From the human T2T-CHM13v2.0 reference genome, Homo sapiens, in NCBI RefSeq assembly GCF_009914755.1, contig NC_060926.1: 64,000 nucleotides of DNA; one strand, written 5' to 3'. Every line of letters begins with the position of its first letter. Position 1 is the first letter of the stretch. Positions 50,245-63,129 of the stretch are shown here, one piece after another. The notes beneath the pieces were generated by a model that was not told the DNA's origin, did not search any database, and saw nothing but the letters and a program-made list of their open reading frames with translations. Both the position numbers and the translations under genes were made by a program.

Positions 50245-52401
50245 ACCATTTTATTATTTACTATTGTGAATCTCCAGGTGGCATGTATTAATAGTATCTA
50301 GCTTTTTGGACTTAGAATGGTGTTTTGTAATCATGGAAAAGGCCTAAATGACATTTTTAAGAAAAGACAGATAAATGAGCTACACTGTTTCTCATTTTCT
50401 TTGAACGATTCGTGTATTCTAAATTCCTTAGGATCCTCCTAGGTCTCACCAGTCAAAGTCTAAATAAAGTTAAATTGGCAGCAAAAAACATCATAATCTC
50501 TTTGCTACTGGAAGCCACGCTGAATTCACCATCTTTTCTTTGCTTGCTACTAATAATTGAAAGAAAATATTATATCTCATGTTTAGACTTACCAGTGGTT
50601 AAGTGGTCAGGGGCTGTTCTAAGTAGCAGCCTTCTGGTGCTGAAGAAATTGTAAAGTATGTGCAAACAAAAACACACACAAACTGATTGGACACACTAGG
50701 GTAAGGAACGGTACTGGGGTAAATCTCCCTCACCTGTAGAGTACCTTGTGATTTTCCCGCCTCTTCCCTGGAAGTTGAATGCCTGCTGGAGCTGAATTCC
50801 TGCTCCATCACCTGTGTGCTGGTGACTGAAATAGAGATTAGCAGGGAGACCCACTCCAAGTTTACCTAACTTAGAACTGAGTCTTTAACTTACCCATATT
50901 GACATCATATTCCTGTTGTAACCTTTGGTTCTTTGGGTTTTTAAAAAGCATGTAGTTGAAATTTATATTTTAACCTTTGGGAACAGGCAAACAGTGTGGT
51001 AAATTCACATGGTTTGGAAAGTGGGAGCTCAGATTGATCAAATGTCAGCACTGCTCCATCTTCCTACATGTCCGGGGCTAATCTTTGGAAAAGAGACCTA
51101 GGTTTTAGGCTCTGGCAATGTGATGGTGTCAAGAAAGATGGGCTCTGTCCTAAACTAATGCCAAAGTAACAATGATCTATTCTAGGTAGTAATATGTTTG
51201 TTTCCACAGATACCGGATTAAATAGACTAATTATACAAATATCTTTTACAAATGTATTCAAATTTCATCTCTGATTTGGTAAACCTCCTGACATCTTATT
51301 CGATTGTTTTCTCACTTCTCTTTTAACAAAATGCAAATGCTTTATTAAGCCTTTAATGAAGATTGAATGAATAGAAATGGAATTTTACCTTGCTATGGAG
51401 ATATGCATCTGCTTTTCTTCTGTGTAGTGAAGTTTTAAACACAGGCAATCAAAGTTTCCTCTCAATTCTAACAATCTATGTGTCCCGGAAAACAAGTTTG
51501 TACATGTATATACATATTTTGATACATTTAGACATCAACTTGCAGAATTATCTCATTGACTATACTGTAAAAGTAGGAATTAATTTTTTAACAGTGGAAT
51601 TATATCCTATTCTCTTTCCAGTACATGCTTTCTGAAGGATGAAATCCACGTACTTCTAGTAATTCACACTTATGCTTTTATCTTTTTTCATTTAACATTT
51701 TGGAGTGTGACATTAAACCTCACATATGAACTCCTGCTTCACCCTAGCTGGCCAGACACCTAGAACCAACTCATTTCTTCCAACTTCTGAGGGTCAAAAC
51801 AAGAGAGGGTGCAATTTGATTCTTTCTAGGTTCTCCTTAGGAGAATGAGCTTCATCAGCAGCAGCCCTTGTTCGGATATTTCAAAGTGGAACAGGTTTAT
51901 CAGTGTGAAGATCAAGTGAGAGTGTGTGTTTGGGGTCAATTAGGGATGACTGCTTTATGCTCTATTGTCTCAATGTATTATTAAAATACATAATAACATT
52001 CCCCTGAATGTAAGGAAGACATTTAACTTTTCAACTTGCATCCCCACATATTATTTTATTTTGATCTTAAAGAGTAAAATACTTATTATCTGGCTTCTAT
52101 AGAAAGGAAATGTAAGATACAGAAAAATTTTAAAAGAGAAACTTGCTCATATTTACATAGTTACTCACATATGGAAAATTATCAGATCTAGAATTCAGGT
52201 CTCTATGTTCCTAACTCTATGCTAAATATTCATAAATTCCCCTTTATCTGTTTCAGAAAGAACCACATACTGTGGTAACAACTATAATATTCTATAACTT
52301 TTTCTAACTAAGTAATACATTCATATAATGATTCTTAAATGTTTCAGACTTTTAAGTGTGAATATACTCTGAATTAACTAAAGCATATGTGCCTGTAGAG
52401 A

Positions 52402-52411
52402 AACACAACAC

Positions 52412-52450
<39 letters not shown>
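52402..52450. repeat. (CA)n microsatellite
   Basis: Directly visible. Confidence 0.95.
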
Positions 52451-52453
<3 letters not shown>

Positions 52454-53239
52454 ATTTTTGCCTCTTTTTACTTCTTTTACCTATTTTTAGAGCTGGATCC
52501 TCTTAGAATCACTTTCAAATCTAAGTGTGCTTTTGTGGGGTAGTGATAAAATATTATTAGATTTCCTATAATGTAAAGCCTGAACTTTTAGTCATTTCAT
52601 TTTAATGTTAACACAGTGAATTTCTAGACCACTTAACGATGAAACACATACCAAACTAATAGGTGTTCAGAAAATTTTAACAATTGTGATATTAGGCAAT
52701 GCTAAAATTACTTTCCTGTTAGTAATTATGATCAGGTATCTGTAGAAGTAGCTGCATGTCAATTTTCAAAATAGACAATTAGCTGGTAAATTAGCCTTTT
52801 TTTGCAATATACACAAAAAAATAACAAAGAGGCCTCTCTTCACATGATTATGTTATCTGAGAGGACCTGAAAAAGAATTTCTTAAGGTAAAAAATTGGCC
52901 CATGAACCACCATTTCTGGACAAATATGACTCAGTTTACTGCTTTGTAGGAGTGAATATTCTGGGTGGGATTGGCATTTATTATAATCATCACTGTACCA
53001 ATAATCAGAACAATGGAGTCCATATTACCTTCTTTATTGACCTGGTATTACCTTCTTAGTTTTCCCATAGATAAAACTGCATCTGGTGATAGTGAGTGAT
53101 ATTTAACCACCTGGCAAATGTTAAATATTTACTTTAGGCACAATAAAAACCTTATTGTTATTGATAGTAGTATTTCATGCTGCATTACTATTTATACATC
53201 CCCCACACCTCCCTTACATATGCTTTTTGATTTACCCAA

Positions 53240-53729
53240 GTGACAGTTAATATTGAGTGTCAACTTGGTTGGATTGAAGGATGCAAAGTATTGTTCCTGG
53301 GTGTGTCTGTGAGGGTGTTGCCAAAGGAGATTAGCATTTGAGCCAGTGGACTGGGAGAGGCAGATCCACCCTCAATCTTGGTGGGCACCATCTTAATCAG
53401 CTACCAGCATAAAAGCAGGGATGGAAAGGGCAGATTTAAAGAGTCTTCTGGCCTCCATCTTTCTCCCATGCTGGATGCTTCCTGCCCTCGAACTTCGGAC
53501 TCCAAGTTCCTCAGCTTTTGGACTTTTGGACTTACAGCAGTGGTTTGCCAGGGGCTTTCGGACCTTCGACAATGGACGGAAAGCTGCACTGTCGGTTTCC
53601 CCACTTCTGAGATTTTGGGACTCGGACTGGCTTCCTTGCTCCTCAGCTTGCAGATGGCCTATTGTGGAACTTCACTTTGTGATCATGTGAGTCAATACTC
53701 CTTAGTAAACTCCCCTTTATATGTAAGTC
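53240..53729 (+). mobile_element. MLT2A (A2-like) LTR lacking its 3' terminus
   Basis: gtgacagttaatattgagtgtcaacttgg...taaactcccctttatat. Contains the long internal block absent from 11603-12031. Confidence 0.9.
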
Positions 53730-54088
53730 TGAAGCAGCGTCATTTTCTGGGTTAAATACCCGGGGTTCAGCATCTGATGCCGAGAAGATTAACCACACAG
53801 ACACACACACACAGAGTGGGTTAATGAGTGCAAAGTTTAACACAAAGAAGAAAAGAGAGGAGAGCAGCTCTGGAGAGAGAGACGTCCAGAAAGGAAAAAG
53901 CAGCAGACCACAGCAGATTTTAAAGGCAGGCTTCAGGAGGAGGTGTTTGATTTATGTAGGGCCCACAAATTGGTTCAACCAGGTGTCATGTTTACATAGC
54001 GTGCGGGGAAGCCTAGTCGTCCCACCCTAATCTTATTATGCAAATGAATTTTCCACTTGGCTGGCGCCATCTTGTCTGCTTCTTACTG
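53730..54088 (-). mobile_element. ERV1 LTR (MER48-like), truncated
   Basis: tgaagcagcgtcattttctgggttaaatacccgggg...ccctaatcttattatgcaaatg...ggcgccatcttgtctgct. Confidence 0.65.
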
Positions 54089-54089
54089 A

Positions 54090-54260
54090 GGGGAAGTGCA
54101 GTGTAATGGTTAAGTTGAATCCCAACTTTGCTGCTTGCCACCTGTCAGACTTTGGGTGAATTAATTTGAACTGTCTGTCTCAGTTTCTTTAGCTGTAAAA
54201 TAGGCATAATACTAATTATCTACTTCAAAGCATTCTTGGTTTCATGGAATAAGTTAAGAT
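54090..54260 (+). mobile_element. MIR SINE
   Basis: gcagtgtaatggttaag...tgtctcagtttctttagctgtaaaatagg. Confidence 0.75.
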
Positions 54261-54691
54261 ATGGAAGAGTCCATCTGTCTAAACCCTAGGCAGCTTGTGA
54301 AGGAAGCTAATGTTTATCCAAGAGCTAAACAATCAGAGACAAACATATGGGTTTTGTCTTTTCTTTTCTCTTTAAAAATAAATTGGAAAACGTTAAGAGA
54401 ATTAGCTCATACTGGGAACATATCATGAACCACAGTTTCTAGAATGTCCTAGAATCTGTCCACATTTAATGCCATTTCTTGCCTATAAAAGAAAAGCAGC
54501 CAATAAAAGAGTTCTCCTTAGAAGGAAAATCCTGAGATTCTGGGCAAGTTTGGCTGCTTTATGAATCAAAATAAAATTAACTCAAATAAATTGGTGTGTT
54601 GAAGGTACTTTCTAATACTTTAATGCCATAGGAAGTGAAACTCTGACTTTGGAGAGCATAAGGATCCCCCAACACTCCTGTACAGACACAC

Positions 54692-54692
54692 A

Positions 54693-54730
<38 letters not shown>
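54692..54730. repeat. (CAT)n trinucleotide repeat
   Basis: Directly visible. Confidence 0.95.
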
Positions 54731-54731
<1 letters not shown>

Positions 54732-54872
54732 ATTCATGACCCACTTTATTTTAAAAGCTTTCTTTATTCTTGTTACTTGATACATGGGTGCTCTTAGAGA
54801 AATATTTTTCTTAGTCCCCATTTAGAATGTCTGATTTCTCTAAGCAGCTAAATTTCACATACCAGGCTGTCT

Positions 54873-54912
54873 TACACACACACATACACACACACACACA
54901 CCCACACACACA
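54873..54912. repeat. Imperfect (CA)n repeat
   Basis: Directly visible. Confidence 0.9.
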
Positions 54913-55733
54913 CCGCTACCTTCTAAGGATCGTGCGAACTGACTTGTTTGGCCATAAAAATTCACACTAAGATGTGTGAATGGTCTATACTGGCCTTTAT
55001 CAGTAAATCAATAAAACAACTGAGAACATACTCCTACCATTCTCAAATGACAACCTGTTATTTGCCTAGCTGTTGTCTACTAAGTAAACATGTTTGTATT
55101 CTGTGAAGATGTCAATAATGCAGACCCTCTTGCTAAGACACTGAGCATCTACTTTCCCAGGTAGAGGACACTGGAAAGGGCCTTTGAGGGAGCAATGGAA
55201 AGTACATCAGTGGAGATGTGAGGGCAGCATTTTAGGTGAAAAAAAAAAAAGGGCCATGAGTAAAGACATAGTGATTTATTTAAACAGACGTATGTATTTT
55301 GTTTTCCAAGACTTGGTACTCTGTGTAGAATCTGACGCCAAGTACAGATTTCTCACTGGGTTGTTGATGGAAGAGAGGAAGGGAGGGAAAGAAGAAAGAA
55401 AAAAGGGAGGATGAAATAAGAGAATCAAGATTAAGTGTTTTGTCCCCTGTTATCACAATTGTGTTGTGAAGCACCAGAAAGAAGGATTTGTTTGGAACAA
55501 AGTGTCCTGTTTCTCTGCAACTAAAGATAAGATTATTTTGATTCCAAAAGTGCAAAACAAGGTTTTCTTAAGAAAGCACTTTTGACAATCTACTCAACCT
55601 GAGTTTATTGGGTGTGAGCAATAGCTTACAGGGTATTTTACTATTTTACTATAAGTTAAGTTTATCCTTTTTCATTTTGATCTCCCTTTTCAGAAAAGAA
55701 ACAGTGATCACCCATTCCTTTTTTGTCTTTGTG

Positions 55734-55781
55734 GTTTTGTTTTGTTTTGTTTTGTTTTGTTTGTTTTGTTTGTTTTTTTTT
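55734..55781. repeat. (GTTTT)n repeat
   Basis: Directly visible. Confidence 0.9.
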
Positions 55782-56009
55782 AATTGTGGAGGTACTGCAG
55801 TGACGCTTCACCTCTTCCTGGGGTCCCATTCTCAATGGCAATTCGGCATTGTTTAGGTGGCTTCCTGCCAGGGCTTGAGCTTTCCTGAGTCCTCTCTGGA
55901 GGCTTGAGAAATTCGTGAGTTAGAGAGGAGGGAAGGCTAGGGAGTATAACACATTATCCTACCTCAATAGTTTTTCACTTTGCAGACTCTGGGGTGAAGC
56001 TCAAACACA

Positions 56010-56190
56010 CAGGAGTTAGAGAGTGAAGACCCTGGCCCTGACAGATGCCTGCCACTTACTGCTCCACTGATCCAGGCCAGGTGCAACTCTTTAAACCTTG
56101 GTCCCTCTGCCTGTAAAATGGGGTAACATTATTTGTCCCATGGAGCTGCTATGCGGTCAGTCGAGATCAGGCATGTGCTAGGTCTTTGTA
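56010..56190 (+). mobile_element. MIR SINE
   Basis: ggagttagagagtgaagaccctgg...gccacttact...ctgtaaaatgggg. Confidence 0.65.
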
Positions 56191-56999
56191 AGCCCCAAAG
56201 AAGCCATGATAAAGAAGTAAAAAGATGAAGATTTTGGAGATAGAGAGGAATTGTGTGTATGTGTGTATGTGCATGTGTGTATAAATAGCACGTATTACTG
56301 AGGATCCATGCCTACTTGTGGGATGTTTGAGCAGATTGCTTCAGATCTTAGCTACCAAATGCAACCCAAACAACTTGTAAAGATAAGAAAAGCTCAAATG
56401 CACTGCATCCAAGAAGGGCCAAGAAGATAATGTTTGGTGCTTTCCCTTTGTCTTCTGTCCCCACAAGATCTGATAACAGTGCTCATGCTGGTCTGATATT
56501 GGGTGATTCACAAAGTGTGCACACAATCATCTTCTGCCCAACATAGTGGGGGGTGGCCACTCTTTGAATAGTCTAGGGCTGTGGTGGGAGGCTACCACCA
56601 GGAGTTCGAATAATTTCCATGTTTTCTTCTCACTTCAGTAATTCCAGTTAATACAGCTGAGAAACTGATGACCCAAAATGCCCGTCTGTGAAGAAAACTG
56701 CAGCTCCCTGCTTTGAAAACTCACACTGAGGCTTGCAGAAACAAAAAGCTGTTGCTGGGCTGATGTTTGTTTGATTTTGCTAAATAATGTCCTTTTCATC
56801 CACTTCCTAGGGATGCCTCCCTCATCCTAAGGAGACAAGTCTAACAAGAGCTGCATGCATGTCTTATATACATTGTGGGCCCATGTTTATTTCCAATTTA
56901 TTTCTTGCTTGAAACATCAAACTGGAGGATTTCAATGATGCAATTATAAGCATTAAAATACGCCATTTCTAAGAGCTTCACTGATTTAGGAACAGATTG

Positions 57000-57180
57000 C
57001 TGTGGATTTGAATCCAAACTCTGGAATTTACCTACGATATGACCTTGGGCAAGTCATGTTCCCTCTCTAAGCCTCAATCTCTAATATACCCAGTCTCTCC
57101 TCCCTAAAAGTCATGGCTATCTGAAGATTATATGATTATTTAAAAAATACGAAGACATTGGCAGAACATAGTTCAAGAAA
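57000..57180 (+). mobile_element. MIR SINE
   Basis: ggatttgaatcc...tgaccttgggcaagtca...ctctctaagcctcaat. Confidence 0.7.
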
Positions 57181-58679
57181 TATTTCATTTCTTTATGAAT
57201 TCAAGAGTTTCTATGGGGGAGAAGAACACCACTTCTCATATTCAAGACAGAGTACAGTTTGGCTCAGACATATGTAGGAATCAGAATGCCTTCCCCCACA
57301 GCATAGCAGGGGAGTAGGTATAAATGATTATCTTTCCTATAGCCAAGTATCTATGTTTTCTAATAATCCCAAAAATTTAGAGGTGGAGAATAATATTACC
57401 CTTGCCTTTGAAATATTAATCTATTCCTATCCTGATAGGATAGGAAAGCTATCCTATCAGGTCATATATACCTACAGAGTATATCACCTTTATTAGTGGA
57501 ATAATTAGTGCATGACAGTATGCAAATGCTGGAACATTTAAGCCTTCCATCTTGGGATGATTGTCAAAAATCCCAGGAATCAGTAGGAAATAGGGAAGAT
57601 GTCTGAAGTGCTGTAATCTGCATTTACTGTTGTAATAAGCATGATGAGAACCTCCTTTTCTCTGCTTCAGGTCCACCTGGAGAGGCTTCAGTTAGTAAAA
57701 CCCCTTGCATCTCTCAATACCTTCTCCTTTGTCTCCTCACTGGAGTCAATTGTCTGTTCAGCAAATTTGGAAGCAGAAACTGAAAAAAGTCTGAACCTCT
57801 TTTATTTGTTGGGGGATATTCCTGTCACAGGTTCCCTCTTCATCATAGGTTTAAGAACCTGCCCCCAAAAGGGAGACCTGAAATATTCCAGAACTGACTT
57901 TACCAGGTAATAATTCTGTCTAATTTTACAGCTCGGTATTAGCAAATTATCAATGCTAAGTTTATAAGTTTCTCATCTTTATTAGTTTTAATGTTGGCAT
58001 TTTGATCTCCACTTGTCTGACATCTTTATCTCAGTTGATACTCAAGAAGGAAACTTCAGTGGGGAAAAGAGGGATGTTACTTTTTAACTCCTATAAAACC
58101 CAGAAATAATAATTTTGTTCTAATTTAATAGTCAAACATTATGAAGTATGTCAAAGCTTTTTTCATCTATTGGAGAAGGAGTAATGAAAATGACCTACAT
58201 ACTGTTACTACATACATAACTGTTATGAGAATTAATTGTAATAACACAAACAATGCATTCTCAACAGGAGTGCTAGCATCCTCTTTAGCATACACTGCTC
58301 AGAATTTCACTAGTCAGTGTGGCTGCCAGAGGGAGAGGTTGTCATTGCAGCATTGTCACAGCTGGGAGGCAGAGCCTAAGAAAGGCAGCATAGAGTTCTG
58401 AGCAAGAGGGTCTTCCAGTGGTGGTTCAGAGAATCTCCCAAAATCACAAACCAAGTCTAGATTCTTCTCAAGAGGTAGGAGGTGGCCTGATTGGAGGAAG
58501 TGGACCTTCAATGCTGTGTTAGAAGGTAAGAGGGGGGGAGTCAGTAGACCAAGGTAATGTTTAAGAAAGCTGGTCAAATATCAAAGGGGAAACTTGGAGT
58601 GATGATAATAACTGCTGTTTATGGAGAACATGTAGTAAGCACTTTACATCCATCATTTAGTTTTGTAGATTAGGAGCTC

Positions 58680-58855
58680 TTGTATGTTGACCGTTTCCTT
58701 GAGAAGGACATGCCCAGGGCAGCAGGTATGCCCAGATAAACTGATCCCACTGCTAAGCTACAGGCTGCTGAGAAATAATCAATAATAAATGACCCTTGTC
58801 CTAAGTCATAGAGTTGTGAGGTAGCTTATTGTGCAGCAATAGCTAATTGATGTAG
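58680..58855 (+). mobile_element. MLT1 LTR 3' fragment within a MIR
   Basis: aataataaat...taagtcatagagttgtgaggtagcttattgtgcagcaatagctaattga. Confidence 0.7.
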
Positions 58856-59114
58856 AAGTTTGTTAATCACCATTGAATCATCAAAGTAACTTGTCTAAAG
58901 TAATAAAGCTAGTGAGTGGCAGAGCTGGGACTCACATTCAGATGTTTTCACCTCAATGACAGGTTTTGTTTTGTTTTTTTGACCTCTGCACTAGGACACT
59001 AGACTATAATATGAAATACAATTTGTACTTGAAATTCATCTTAGGTGCTAAATAGAGGTTTCTCAAGCATTCCAGAGATGCAGAGAAACAGACATGTGGA
59101 TTCCCTAGGAACTA

Positions 59115-59230
59115 ACATTGTAAGCTCAATGAGGACAGAAACAGATCTTCCTTGTTCCTTGTTTTGTCCTCAGCAGCTAGCACAAAGCTTGCAGAGTAAG
59201 TATCCAATAAACTCTTGAATGAATGAATTA
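59115..59230 (+). mobile_element. L2 3' terminus
   Basis: tgtaagctcaatgaggacaga...cagcagctagcaca...caataaactcttgaatgaatgaat. Confidence 0.75.
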
Positions 59231-60589
59231 TAAAATTCACTATGTCATTTCTACTTGTTTGGGTCTTTTAATGAAAGTGGGGAAGTCCATTAAAAAAAGG
59301 TATAACTTAAGACATAACAAGAATTACAAATATTATCAGATTATGAAATACTAAAAAAATTCTCAAGAATCTTCCAGAAAATTACATTGTTTGCAAAGTC
59401 AGGTCTCACTTTGGTGAAGTCCTTGGAAATGAAATTCTTCTTTCCCAGTGGACTTCTCTATAAATACCAAGGTTACTGTCTGAATTACTGTGTGGTTACT
59501 GTCTAAGTTATGTTTCATGAAGATGTTGGTGGGTTTGTTATGTTGGACTTCTTTGGAGCAGATGGAAGTGTTGTTTCAAACAGTGTTTTCTTTTCCATTC
59601 TGTCACCAAATATTATCTGCCCTTATTTTTATACTGAGTCCTAATTGCTATTGTATCTTTGATTTCAATTATCACAGAAGACAAAAGAAAGTGCTAAACA
59701 AAAATTAAGTGAAATTGAGGATTTGTTAATTTTTTGTGTTTTCTATTTATGTGTCCCCTGCCACTACTCTTCCTGGGAAGTCCCAAGAATCAAACTCATT
59801 TGACTTCATCATGGGTTTTGATGCCACATAGCTGTTTGACCTTAAGCTAGTCAAGATAGCTGGGCCTCAACTTCCTAATTTCCTCATCTAGCTAATAAAA
59901 GTGTTGTACTGAATTATATTCAAAATTCTTTTTTTCCTCCTAAAAATCTGTGATTCTATGTATGAGGGACCACCAGATAGGGAGAACTACTATGCTATCG
60001 ATCAACTTTGCCTTGAGGCTGAATGATTATCATTGAATTACCCTTGAATAATTATTCTGTGATGGGCACTGTGGTATAAAGGACCATAAGAAATGCATGC
60101 AGGAGGGATTCACATGGACTTAGGGAAGCATCCAAGAAAGAACAAGGGCCTGAACATTGCTGTTTTGCTCAAACAGAAAACAGCTGGATGGCATTTCTAG
60201 ACTGTAATGTTCCATGGGTCCTAGAGATGATAGGCAGAGGGGAACCTTGTTAGGTAAGCTCTTTCAGGTTGCTGGAACAAAGGTAAATTTAGGTTATGTC
60301 AATAAATAGAGATTCACAGTAATGGCATGAGGGCAGAGGAAAAGAAAGAGAATTCTGTCAGCAGCAATACAGCCATTCCTCAGAGGGAACCAGGATGTCA
60401 TGATATATTAGGAACTCTGCAATGGAGTTCTCCACTGAGTGTGCAAGACTAGACAGAGTGCAGGAAGAAAATATAGAGGATTTTTTTCCATTTGTTTTTA
60501 TTATTTACACTTTTTACATTGAATGGCTTTCTGATAATATATATCATAAATTAAGATAGACATCTAAGTTAAAAATACATGAATATAAA

Positions 60590-60982
60590 ATATTAGTCAT
60601 GTGTGACAGAGAGAATGCTTTCCAAATATTGCTTTTTTACATTTATCAGCCCTGTGCAATTCAGTGGATTCATATGACTAGTCCTGGGGGATAGAACTTG
60701 AGAAAAAGTTATGTATATTTCCAGGTTAAGGTCATATAAAGCCCATGGATGATTGTCCAGCCTCTCTTGTCCCTGAACATGACCAGAGAGCTTGTATGTT
60801 TCACTTGGTGTGGCCACAAGGTAGTGAAGCCATTTGTCAGTCTGAGTTCCTGTGTCACTATACGGAGCAGAGTTCTCATTGGCACTGCATAAGAGTATGT
60901 AAGAAATAAACCTTTGTTAGGATAAGTTGCCGAGATAATGTTGTTGTTACTGAAGAAAAGCATAAACTCTCCTGACTAATAA
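60590..60982 (+). mobile_element. MLT1 (J/K-like) LTR
   Basis: agaaataaacctttgtt...gagataatgttgttgttactg...ctcctgactaata terminus. Confidence 0.7.
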
Positions 60983-62149
60983 AGGGTGCCTACTCAAAAA
61001 AAATATTTTTGATGGATTGAGCAACCAATTTTTTTTTCCTGACTAACTCTTAGGTTTCCCAAGAGATACAATCTGATGAATTTTCTGATGTACAGACAGC
61101 CACTCATCTTTAGTCCAATTTGCTGTGGCCAGGGTGTCAGGCTCATAAAATGAGAAAGGGATTCCTGTGATCACTTCTGCCATTAGGCAGAGAAGTTTTT
61201 GACAAGGCATCTGTGTTTTACTACAGGAGTTTTCAAGGCCTGCCTAAAATAAGAATGCATGTAACAATTGCACACAGAGACATCAAATCAAGGATTAAAA
61301 GCTAACAAATAATTGTGTGTTCAAGAACCATATTTATAACATCTCTGCATCCAAATTTCACATGATCTTGATCAATAGAAGGCAGTTAGTAAGTGATACA
61401 TGGATGAAACAAAAGACTAGATGAAGAAATACCTGCTGAAATTGATGGCTTTTGCAAGAGAAAGGTGGCAGTTATTAAGTGCAAGGAAACTACCTTTGGT
61501 AGAAAGCCAATCCCCTGGGAACAGCATCTTCTTAATGGAGAATTCTGCAAACATTTTCAATTCACACATTCATACAACAAATACTTATTAAGTATGGCCC
61601 TTATGATCTCAGGCCACTTTCCCAAAATAACCGCCAAGAACATGTTTTCCACTTTTTCTTCTCCATCTAGAAAGATCTATTTTAAAGGACAGGATTATGA
61701 ATTTGAGCACTGCTTTTCACACACAGTCACGAATCCAGGCATTTGGTCCAGGCAATGATGGGAAAAGAACGGGTAATGATTTTAACAGAGCCTGCTGCAA
61801 ACGCCCACTCTTTCTTCCATAAGCAACTAATCTTAGGTCTCAGCAATGCAATATTCCAGTGAGTACAGGATGAAACTGACTGAAAGGTGAAATGCTGCCA
61901 ACAGAAGAAGCCACAAAGAAGCACACTTTTCAAGGATTGTTCATTGGTGTCAACTCAGGTCAGAATAGTGTTGCAGTGGTTATGGATGGTGCTATCTGGC
62001 CACTTCAGCTAGGAAGGTGTGATGAAGCTGATGCTGTTAGCTCTTAATATAATTTGTGGGAAATTTATGTGTAAAGTAGAAGAGGAAATTGATGAGAATG
62101 CTTTTATATTTGACTTTAATAATAATGTGCAGTTAATTTTTAATAGGAT

Positions 62150-62580
62150 TGTAAGGCTATAACTTCAATAAGTTGTCAATCAGGCATTGTCAAAATACTG
62201 ACTATATGCTTGGAATCGGATAAAAACTGGAGGGAAAAACACAAGTCCCTGCCTTTAAAAGCCTTATATTTTTACTGGGAAGGCAAAAATAGACAAAGAA
62301 AATGATCAATTGATAAGAAAAACCCAGAACAGAAAAATAATAGTATTGACAAGCAGAAGAGTTTAGTGGTCAGTCAGGCAAGCTGTGGAGCCAAAAACCT
62401 TGGATTAAAATCCCAGCTTCATCACTTCAAAGCTGAATAGCTCTAGATAGGTTACTTAACCATTATGCATCTTCCTCATTTAAAATATGAGGATAATAAG
62501 AGTATTTTAATGTGGTACATATGAAGTGCTTAGCACAGTGGCTAGAATGAGACCAGGAATGAATATTAGTTATTATTAGG
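62150..62580. mobile_element. L2 (minus) and MIR (plus) remnants
   Basis: caagtccctgcctttaaaagccttatatt, then aaatcccagcttcatcactt...aagtgcttagcacagtggct. Confidence 0.65.
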
Positions 62581-62833
62581 GGCAACTGAGGTCTAGAAGG
62601 ACTCTTAGTTTGGTTGATCACTTTCTCTCATCAAATATTCTTGCTGTCTCATTATCTTCCTGTTAGGATTTACAATTACCAGAGGAATATTGATTTCTTG
62701 AGCATGATCTGTTTTGGAACATCAAGACTACTGGTCTGAAATCTAGGAGCTGCACTTCGCCACTGCCAGTGTAGTCTCCCTGTGACCTCTCCAGTGTAGT
62801 CTCCCCGTGGAGGACTGTCCAAAGGTTAGTTCT

Positions 62834-63129
<296 letters not shown>

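Noticed and set aside
54612-54821. Poly-methionine ORF
   Set aside because: Translation of the (CAT)n microsatellite.
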